Shown one piece after another: positions 26,041 to 32,000 of a stretch of 32,000 nt of DNA. Below the pieces are notes generated by a model. The model had not been told where the DNA came from, ran no database searches, and was given only the letters and a program-made list of their open reading frames with translations. The DNA lies in NCBI GenBank assembly GCA_017308235.1, contig JAFKFL010000030.1:1-32000 (forward strand), given 5' to 3'. Position 1 is the first letter of the stretch. Every line of letters begins with the position of its first letter. The DNA is from Alphaproteobacteria bacterium. Lineage in GTDB: Bacteria > Pseudomonadota > Alphaproteobacteria > Reyranellales > Reyranellaceae. Made by a program: the position numbers and the translations under genes.

Positions 26041-27006
26041 TCATACCTGGAAGGAAGAGCCGAAGACCTTCTGCCAGTAGGCGACGGTCAATTGCTTGTT
26101 GGGAGCGGCGAGCGCTGCGTCGATGGCATCTCCAGCATCGAGAGCCGCCTCGACGATCGCATCTGCATTCGCGGCCGTGTAGAGCCGCGCGACGTTGTTG
26201 ACGGCATTCACGGGGTCGATGATTTGTACCGGATCGGAAAACGTTCCAACCGAGGACCTGGGATAGTAGTCGTCGAAGATAATCTTCTCCCTGAAGTCGG
26301 TGCGGGCGATGTAGGTGAAGAAGTGCTGCAGCGCCTCCGGATAGTCAGAGAAGTCCAACCCGTCGTCGCACAGCTTGGCGAGGATCATCTCGATCATGAA
26401 CGACTTGAAGCGGAATCCGTCTCGCTCCTGCTTCGTGCGCCTTGACCAGAATTTTGCGAGACGCACCACCTGCGCGAAGTGCTTCTCCTGGGCGCGCCTG
26501 CGCTTGCCCGCGAACTCCAGATGCAAGGGAATGCTTGTCTTCAGGAAGGAGCCGTCATCCTGGCTGACGAGATTTCCATACCATTGTGCGTCGCCCTCAT
26601 AGAGGATCGGCACCACATCGACGTCTAGCCCGCTCCCACGGAAGGAGACCGTGACCGAATAGGTCTGGGGTTGGACCTGATCGGGGCTGAAGTTCGGAAA
26701 TGCCTTGCGCAGCCTTTCCGCCAGATAATCGAGCAGCGCTTTGACATCCTTCGGGGCCGCCGCGCCACTGATGTAACAGGCGACATCGATATCGTTGAGC
26801 GAGCGAAGCGCCGTGCCCTTCGCGAGGCTGCCCGACAGCATCATTTTCCTGAGCGTGAAGTCAGGGTGCTCGGCGAGATAGCCCTCCAGCTTTTCGCGAA
26901 GCCGCCGGGCCTGGGCCCGATATTCATCCGCCTTGTCCTTCGGCAGGTTGACCTTGTCCTGCGCGAAGGCGGCGATCTCATTATGACCGACGTGCTGTCG
27001 CCCCAT
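26041..27006 (-). CDS. CD-NTase (cGAS/DncV-like nucleotidyltransferase), CBASS signal synthase
   Basis: 321 aa. Pol-beta-type NTase motif GSLAKGTALRSLNDIDVACYI and third acidic residue in GLDVDVVPI. First gene of the operon. SD AGGAG lies 6 nt before the ATG. Confidence 0.85.
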   Translation of the reverse strand: MGRQHVGHNEIAAFAQDKVNLPKDKADEYRAQARRLREKLEGYLAEHPDFTLRKMMLSGSLAKGTALRSLNDIDVACYISGAAAPKDVKALLDYLAERLRKAFPNFSPDQVQPQTYSVTVSFRGSGLDVDVVPILYEGDAQWYGNLVSQDDGSFLKTSIPLHLEFAGKRRRAQEKHFAQVVRLAKFWSRRTKQERDGFRFKSFMIEMILAKLCDDGLDFSDYPEALQHFFTYIARTDFREKIIFDDYYPRSSVGTFSDPVQIIDPVNAVNNVARLYTAANADAIVEAALDAGDAIDAALAAPNKQLTVAYWQKVFGSSFQV

Positions 27007-27050
27007 ATCCCGCTCCTGTTCCCGGGCACTCTGGCCCAGCCTCTGACATG

Positions 27051-27079
27051 GATATAGTAGCTAAAAAATAGCTATTCAA
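27051..27079 (-). promoter_or_regulatory. candidate sigma70 promoter of the CBASS operon
   Basis: On the minus strand: TTGAAT (27079-27074), a 17-nt spacer, then TATATC (27056-27051). It lies about 45 nt upstream of the CD-NTase ATG. Confidence 0.55.
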
Positions 27080-27096
27080 GATGTGTATGCTAGCTA
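27058..27096. promoter_or_regulatory. three phased TAGCTA hexamers (candidate operators)
   Basis: TAGCTA occurs at 27058-27063, 27069-27074 (inside the perfect 10-bp palindrome AATAGCTATT, 27067-27076) and 27091-27096. The spacings are 11 and 22 bp. Sites 1 and 2 lie inside the spacer and -35 of the CBASS promoter. Confidence 0.6.
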
Positions 27097-27103
27097 TTTC
27101 ACG

Positions 27104-27132
27104 TTGACAAAATCCTCTTGATTCTCTATATG
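27104..27132 (+). promoter_or_regulatory. near-consensus sigma70 promoter of the RHH-GNAT-XRE-ImmA operon
   Basis: TTGACA (27104-27109), a 17-nt spacer, then TATATG (27127-27132). SD GGAGG (27147-27151) lies 5 nt before ATG 27157. Confidence 0.65.
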
Positions 27133-27156
27133 CTGCATATAACGACGGAGGATGAG

Positions 27157-27369
27157 ATGACGGCGAAGCGAACCATGACGCTGAACCTCACCGACGCCGA
27201 GATGCGTGTTCTGGACGATCTTTCGGCCCGGAAGGACATCACCAAAACCGCTGTGCTCCGGCAGGCCTTGCGCCTTTACCAGACGATCGATGCTCGGGTC
27301 GAAAGGGGTGAAAAGCTCCTGTTTGAGAATGACACGACCAAGGAAAAGGCGGAGCTGATGCTTCTATGA
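27157..27369 (+). CDS. Ribbon-helix-helix (CopG/Arc-type) DNA-binding protein, 70 aa
   Basis: MTAKRTMTLNLTDAEMRVLDDLSARKDITKTAVLRQALRLYQ shows the beta-strand/helix/helix pattern of RHH proteins. The stop overlaps the next ATG (ATGA). The TTG at 27118 in the track lies inside the promoter. Confidence 0.8.
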   Translation: MTAKRTMTLNLTDAEMRVLDDLSARKDITKTAVLRQALRLYQTIDARVERGEKLLFENDTTKEKAELMLL

Positions 27370-27995
27370 CGGTCGAGGTCTCGAAGGTCTATCTTCTCGA
27401 CGTCGCAACGGGTGAGGGCGTCGAGGCCGAGTTGCGCGATGCGATCGAGCAGGCGCAGATCGATGATTGGGCGAAACACTGGATTCCGGTGGTACTCGCA
27501 GCGATCCAGGATTTGGTCGCACGCCAGGTGCCGCGCGCAGACTGGCCTCAGAGCCTGCATTGGAACTGGCCAAAGAAGATCACACGCGTGCAGGGCATGC
27601 TGGCCTTCCCCGGGTTCAGCGTTGTCGCACAGGGGGTCACCCAGGGACTGGCGCAGCTCGATTTGACGAGAGGCTGCCAAGAACCTGGCCAGAAAGGTAA
27701 GCCTCTCGTCTACGTCGAGTATCTCGAGGTGGCGCCCTGGAATCGCTCCGAGCTTGGGGCGACCCCTCGGCTTCGTGGTGTCGGTACCGTGCTGCTCACG
27801 GCGGCCATCGCGCTGAGCTACGAAGAGGGATTCAAGGGGCGGATCGGCCTGCATTCCCTGCCGCAAGCCGACGCTTTCTACCGCAGGATCGGCATGACCG
27901 ACCTTGGGCCGGATCCCGCCTGCCAGAATTTGCGATATTTCGAGATGACCGTCGAGCAGGCTCGCGCGTTCTTCGAAAAGGAGGAAGGACGATGA
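27366..27995 (+). CDS. GNAT-family N-acetyltransferase, 209 aa, with an N-terminal extension
   Basis: Acetyl-CoA motif A is RLRGVGTVLLTAA. It is preceded by PLVYVEYLEVAPWNR and followed by GLHSLPQADAFYRRIGM. The stop overlaps the next ATG (ATGA), with AAGGAGGAAGG as an internal SD. Confidence 0.8.
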   Translation: MTVEVSKVYLLDVATGEGVEAELRDAIEQAQIDDWAKHWIPVVLAAIQDLVARQVPRADWPQSLHWNWPKKITRVQGMLAFPGFSVVAQGVTQGLAQLDLTRGCQEPGQKGKPLVYVEYLEVAPWNRSELGATPRLRGVGTVLLTAAIALSYEEGFKGRIGLHSLPQADAFYRRIGMTDLGPDPACQNLRYFEMTVEQARAFFEKEEGR

Positions 27996-28492
27996 AATTT
28001 GAACGGAGCAAAGAGTGGTGGATGGCTCGGGCACGTCGTGAAGGCGACGCCGTCATCGGCGCCGGCTTGCTCGCGTTCGATCCGATACCCGAGGAGCGTC
28101 CAGCCAGCGCTCCCACGGCGGTCGTCGAAGAGACCCGTATTGCGTTTGGCCGTTTCGTGAATCTGATGCGCCGTCGTCGTGGGTTCTCGATGGAGCGGCT
28201 GGCTCAGGTCGCGGACCTCGATGCAAGCGAGCTTCTGGTGATCGAGGACGATCTTCATTACGTGCCGGAGCCGCGCACGGTGTTCAAGCTGGCGGAAACC
28301 TTCGAGGTTTCTCAGCAACGACTTATGCAGCTTGCAGGATTGGCTGCGGCAAACGATGCTGGCTTCCGTCAGGAAGCGGTGCGTTTTGCCGCGCGCTCTG
28401 AGGCCGTGCATAAGCTGACCCCTGAGGAAAGCTCGGCTCTGGAGGCGTTCGTCGCTGTGCTGAGTGAGCAGGAGCCCAAGCGAGTGAAGTGA
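27992..28492 (+). CDS. XRE-family HTH protein, 166 aa (CapH-like candidate repressor)
   Basis: HTH region FGRFVNLMRRRRGFSMERLAQVADLDASELLVIEDD...TVFKLAETFEVSQQRLMQLAG, flanked by a ~50-aa N-terminal and a ~50-aa C-terminal extension. The stop overlaps the next start (GTGA). Confidence 0.8.
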   Translation: MKFERSKEWWMARARREGDAVIGAGLLAFDPIPEERPASAPTAVVEETRIAFGRFVNLMRRRRGFSMERLAQVADLDASELLVIEDDLHYVPEPRTVFKLAETFEVSQQRLMQLAGLAAANDAGFRQEAVRFAARSEAVHKLTPEESSALEAFVAVLSEQEPKRVK

Positions 28493-29424
28493 AGAACGTC
28501 AGTCTCGGACATCGCACCGTCGCCGACATCAACGGACAGATTGCCAAGGTTCTGCGTGGCCTTGGCAATCCCGAGCCGCCCATAGACCTGCGCGTTGTTC
28601 GGGATCTCCTGAAACTTGATCGCGGCTACTACAGCACCACGGACGACAGTCTTTTGCGCGAAATGTTCTCCCGCATGAAGGTTGCTGGCCTGCAGGTCCT
28701 CAAGCGCCCGACAATCCTGCGGGAGGCCGTTCAAACACTGAGCCTGAAGGCGCTCTATCTTCCAGATCAGAAGCGTATTCTGCTCGACAAGGATCTCCCG
28801 CCGCTCAAGCACCGTTGGAATGAAGCTCACGAGATTGGTCACGACATCATTCCCTGGCACGCCGGAATGATGCTGGGCGATACTGAGCAGACCCTCACGC
28901 CTTCCTGCCACGCCATCATGGAAGCCGAAGCGAATTTCGCGGCCGGGCAACTTCTTTTTCTATCTGACCGCTTCGCCGCCGAGGCGGGCTCCTCCGCGCC
29001 CAGCCTCGGGCTTGTCAAGAGCCTCAGCAAGAGCTTCGGCAATACCATGACTTCCACGCTCTGGCGGTTCGTCGAACAGGCGCATGGTGGCCGGCCTATC
29101 GTCGCTCTCGTAACGGGGCATCCGCATCCCACCCGCAGAAAGGCCGATTTCGATGCGGCTAATCCCTGTCGATACTGCGTTGAATCGCCCCCGTTTCGTG
29201 AGCGTTTCGGTGCTTTGCGCGAGGTTGATCTGTTCACTGCGATCGTCGGCTATTGTGGGTCCCAGCGCGGAGGGTCTCTCGGCCGTAGCGAGGTCCTGCT
29301 GCAAGACCTCAATGGGGATCGGCACAGCTTCGAATTCGAGACGTTCTTCAACAGCCACGAAGCCTTGACGCTAGGATCCTGGCTTCGTCCCTACAATGCG
29401 CTGACGATCGTGCGGTCGTTTTAA
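28489..29424 (+). CDS. ImmA/IrrE-family (COG2856) zinc metallopeptidase, 311 aa (CapP-like candidate)
   Basis: GTG start. HEXXH motif in WNEAHEIGHDIIPWH, with EAEANFAAGQLLF downstream. The ~150-aa C-terminal domain contains Cys residues (NPCRYC, GYCGSQ). Confidence 0.82.
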   Translation: MKNVSLGHRTVADINGQIAKVLRGLGNPEPPIDLRVVRDLLKLDRGYYSTTDDSLLREMFSRMKVAGLQVLKRPTILREAVQTLSLKALYLPDQKRILLDKDLPPLKHRWNEAHEIGHDIIPWHAGMMLGDTEQTLTPSCHAIMEAEANFAAGQLLFLSDRFAAEAGSSAPSLGLVKSLSKSFGNTMTSTLWRFVEQAHGGRPIVALVTGHPHPTRRKADFDAANPCRYCVESPPFRERFGALREVDLFTAIVGYCGSQRGGSLGRSEVLLQDLNGDRHSFEFETFFNSHEALTLGSWLRPYNALTIVRSF

Positions 29425-29516
29425 ACGATCGTCAGCTTCGGATCGATTTCGGTCAGTCGGGTTCAGACAACCTAAATGTGGCCTGTGGTAGGTTCTTCGC
29501 CCAGGAGAGCCGGTCA

Positions 29517-29996
29517 TTGACACGCAAATATTCCAATCTTCAGATTGCTCTGCATTGGGCGGTTGTCCTGTTGATCGTCGCGCAATGGTGGACGGCGGAT
29601 GCGATCCCGCGCACCCACAATCCCTTCCTCCGGCCGACAATGGCGGATTTGCTGCAACACAAGTTCCATAACTACAGCGGAATGACGATCGGTGTGTTGA
29701 TCGCGTTGCGGGTTGCTTTGCGATTTCTTCGCAAACCCGGCAGACTTCAAATCACCAAGGGTTGGCGCGAACGCGCCGCTGAATGCGTTCATTGGGGGCT
29801 GTATGCCACGCTCGCGGCACAAGCGTTCACTGGTTTCGTCGCTTCCTACATGTGGGCGCCTGCCGCCGGGATACACAAGGCGATCTGGCTGGTGACCATG
29901 ACGTTGATCTCGATCCACGTCTCGGCAGCTATTTGGCATATCGCCCGGCGCGACGCCGTCCTCGCCCGCATGCTGCCATGCAAGCGGGCGCCGTAA
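29517..29996 (+). CDS. Cytochrome b561 family membrane protein
   Basis: (M)TRKYSNLQIALHWAVVLLIV..., KFHNYSGMTIG, CVHWGLYATL and ISIHVSAAIWH show four TM segments with the conserved His pattern. TTG start at 29517, 7 nt after AGGAGAG. The GTG at 29478 is less likely. Confidence 0.75.
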   Translation: MTRKYSNLQIALHWAVVLLIVAQWWTADAIPRTHNPFLRPTMADLLQHKFHNYSGMTIGVLIALRVALRFLRKPGRLQITKGWRERAAECVHWGLYATLAAQAFTGFVASYMWAPAAGIHKAIWLVTMTLISIHVSAAIWHIARRDAVLARMLPCKRAP

Positions 29997-30068
29997 CCGC
30001 CGGGCTGAGGCCTACTCTTCCAAAGGAATTCGTCAAGAAACGGCGACGGGAGAAGCTGTATATTGCTT

Positions 30069-30087
30069 TATCCCCTCCAGGGGGATA
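30069..30087. promoter_or_regulatory. CsoR/RcnR-type operator (AT-flanked G/C-tract inverted repeat)
   Basis: TATCCCC-tccag-GGGGATA ends 10 nt upstream of the repressor ATG, and a TATATT hexamer lies at 30059-30064. The architecture matches known operators of this repressor family. Confidence 0.65.
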
Positions 30088-30097
30088 GCATTTTAGC

Positions 30098-30379
30098 ATG
30101 ACCCTAATCACTGCCGCACACGAATCTCATGGGCCCATCGTCAAGCGGCTCAGGCGCGCTGATGGGCACCTTCGCGGAATTATCGACATGATCGAGGCGG
30201 GGCGTCCTTGCCTCGACATCGCCCAGCAGCTCCACGCCGTCGAGAAAGCGATTGCCCAGGCCAAGAAGACGTTGATCCAGGATCACCTCGATCACTGCCT
30301 CGAGCACGTCATTGGGCCGCTTGCGAAAGAGCAGCGCCGGTCAATCGACGAGTTCAAGGAAATCACGAAGTATCTTTGA
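30098..30379 (+). CDS. CsoR/RcnR/FrmR-family (DUF156) metal-sensing transcriptional repressor
   Basis: 93 aa: ...VKRLRRADGHLRGIIDMIEAGRPCLDIAQQLHAVEKAI...DHLDHCLEH, with the family-typical Cys/His ligand positions. Confidence 0.85.
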   Translation: MTLITAAHESHGPIVKRLRRADGHLRGIIDMIEAGRPCLDIAQQLHAVEKAIAQAKKTLIQDHLDHCLEHVIGPLAKEQRRSIDEFKEITKYL

Positions 30380-30390
30380 AGTGGTGACGC

Positions 30391-31707
30391 ATGCTGCAGG
30401 TGCTTGCAAATCGTACGTATCGCCATCTGTTTCTGGCGCAGGTCATCGCGCTCGTAGGAACGGGACTGGCGACGGTGGCGCTCGGGCTTCTGGCCTACGA
30501 CCTTGCCGGCGCTGATGCCGGCGCCGTCCTCGGCACGGCGCTCGCGATCAAGATGGTCGCCTATGTCGGCGTCGCGCCGGTGGCGGCCGCCTTCGCGGAA
30601 AAGTTGCCTCGCCGGACGATGCTGGTCTGTCTGGACCTCGTCAGGGCCGGCGTCGCGATCCTGCTGCCGTTAGTCACGGAAGTCTGGCAGGTCTATGTGC
30701 TGATCTTCGTGTTGCAGTCGGCCTCGGCCGGCTTCACACCGACCTTTCAGGCGACGATCCCCGATGTGTTGCCAGACGAAAAGGAATATACGCGGGCGCT
30801 TTCGCTCTCGCGGCTCGCTTACGACCTGGAAAGTGTCGTCAGTCCGATGCTGGCCGCTGCACTGTTGACGGTCATCAGCTTTCACGACCTGTTCGCCGGA
30901 ACCGTTGTCGGCTTCCTGTGCTCGGCCGCGCTCGTGATTTCCGTCACGCTGCCGAGCCCGAAGGTGACCGAGCGCCGCGGCATCTATGATCGCACCACGC
31001 GAGGTTTGCGCATCTATCTCGCTACGCCGCGTCTGCGCGGTCTGCTCGCTCTGAATCTCGCCGTGGCGGCGGCGAGCGCCATGGTGATCGTCAATACAGT
31101 GGTGCTCGTACAGGCCGACTTCGGCCTTAGCCAGCGTGCCACGGCACTCGCATTGGCGGCCTTCGGAGCGGGCTCCATGACGGCCGCGCTGTTCCTGCCG
31201 CGCATGCTCGACAAGCTCCCCGACCGAACGGCGATGATTCTAGGCGCCGGCCTTCTCGTCGCAGGATTGTTCGCCGGCTCTACAGTCTTCAGCTATGGCG
31301 TTCTGCTGCCGCTTTGGTTCGTCCTCGGCCTCGGCTATTCTCTGGCACAGACGCCATCCGGGCGGCTGCTCCGACGTTCTGCTCACGCGGAAGACCGGCC
31401 CGCGCTTTTTGCGGCTCAATTCGCGCTGTCGCATGCATGCTGGCTGGTCACCTATCCGCTCGCCGGTTGGCTGGGGGCGGAAATGGGGCTGACGCCGACA
31501 TTCATAGTGCTAGGCATCGTCGCCGCTGCCGCTGTCGGTGCCGCATCTCTCCTGTGGCCAGCGAGCGATCCGGATGAGATCGAACATGTCCACGACGATC
31601 TTGTCCCGAGCCATCCGCACCTTGTCGACGCGGTTGCGGTTACAAGAGGGTGGCGCCATCGTCATGCTTTCGTGATCGATAGCCATCACGCTACCTGGCC
31701 ACGATGA
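30391..31707 (+). CDS. MFS transporter, NreB-like putative nickel/metal efflux permease with a His-rich C-tail
   Basis: 438 aa with about 12 hydrophobic segments. The C-tail is DPDEIEHVHDDLVPSHPHLVD...GWRHRHAFVIDSHHATWP. It sits immediately downstream of the metal-sensing repressor. Confidence 0.72.
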   Translation: MLQVLANRTYRHLFLAQVIALVGTGLATVALGLLAYDLAGADAGAVLGTALAIKMVAYVGVAPVAAAFAEKLPRRTMLVCLDLVRAGVAILLPLVTEVWQVYVLIFVLQSASAGFTPTFQATIPDVLPDEKEYTRALSLSRLAYDLESVVSPMLAAALLTVISFHDLFAGTVVGFLCSAALVISVTLPSPKVTERRGIYDRTTRGLRIYLATPRLRGLLALNLAVAAASAMVIVNTVVLVQADFGLSQRATALALAAFGAGSMTAALFLPRMLDKLPDRTAMILGAGLLVAGLFAGSTVFSYGVLLPLWFVLGLGYSLAQTPSGRLLRRSAHAEDRPALFAAQFALSHACWLVTYPLAGWLGAEMGLTPTFIVLGIVAAAAVGAASLLWPASDPDEIEHVHDDLVPSHPHLVDAVAVTRGWRHRHAFVIDSHHATWPR

Positions 31708-31746
31708 TGGGACCGTCGCGATAAGCCGGAGATCCGGGACGGCACG

Positions 31747-32000
31747 TTACTGGAGCCGGCTCGCGATCCGCTCCATTTGCTGGATCTCCGCGCGTTGCGC
31801 CTTGGTGATGGCTTCGCATAGCGTCTTGAGCTCGGCGTCGGCGAGTTTGGCTTCACGGCACATAAGGATCGCTCCCGAGTGATGCGGGATCATCGAGGCG
31901 ATGAACTGCCGATCGCCGATCAAGGCCTGGGTGCGAGTGGCCCAGAAGGAGCCGGCGGTCAGGATTACGAGCGCGACGTAGAGCCCGATGTTGGCGCTCC
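31747..32000 (-). CDS. DUF305-family metal-binding protein, C-terminal part (gene continues right of the window)
   Basis: Minus-strand frame ...FIASMIPHHSGAILMCREAKLADAELKTLCEAITKAQRAEIQQMERIASRLQ* carries the MIPHH..AI.M signature of DUF305. The stop TAA is at 31749-31747. Confidence 0.6.
   Translation of the reverse strand, partial: SANIGLYVALVILTAGSFWATRTQALIGDRQFIASMIPHHSGAILMCREAKLADAELKTLCEAITKAQRAEIQQMERIASRLQ

Noticed and set aside
27118-27156. Upstream TTG (27118) or ATG (27130) start for the RHH gene
   Set aside because: Both lie inside or at the predicted -10 region of the promoter. ATG 27157 has GGAGG at 5-nt spacing and removes a hydrophobic non-RHH leader.
1-32000. CRISPR arrays, tRNA/rRNA genes and IS elements
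   Set aside because: No regularly spaced repeat array, no cloverleaf-like or rRNA-like segment and no transposase-like ORF was found on either strand.

Overview
The window reads as one contiguous, almost fully coding stretch of a high-GC alphaproteobacterial (Rhizobium/Agrobacterium-type) quorum-sensing-regulated repABC conjugative plasmid. The gene order is as follows. (1) The 3' end of traA, then traF, traB and traH on the + strand. (2) An inserted minus-strand cassette: vapB (frame broken), vapC and a PIN-like DUF4935-type gene. (3) traM (+) convergent with traR (-). (4) The complete traI-trbBCDEJKLFGHI operon (-). (5) Divergent repA-repB-repC (+), with 16-bp parS palindromes in the repA-repB spacer, an antisense ctRNA candidate in the repB-repC spacer and an AT-richer oriV candidate inside repC. 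(6) Cargo: a serine recombinase, a DUF1612-like wHTH gene, and a four-gene type III CBASS operon on the minus strand (CD-NTase, HORMA, TRIP13-like AAA+, nuclease-SAVED effector). (7) A divergent, translationally coupled four-gene operon (RHH, GNAT, XRE-HTH, ImmA/IrrE peptidase) that shares a 150-bp control region with the CBASS operon; that region holds back-to-back promoters and helically phased TAGCTA motifs. (8) A metal-homeostasis block: cytochrome b561, a CsoR/RcnR repressor with its operator, an NreB-like MFS with a His-rich tail, and a partial DUF305 gene. I saw no rRNA, tRNA, CRISPR array or transposase. The best candidate for something not yet described is the RHH-GNAT-XRE-ImmA operon wired head-to-head to CBASS, which looks like a CapH/CapP-like switch expanded by an acetyltransferase pair. 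The second candidate is the vapC-coupled tandem-PIN cassette with a decayed antitoxin. All family assignments come from motif recognition and synteny by eye; no database search was run.
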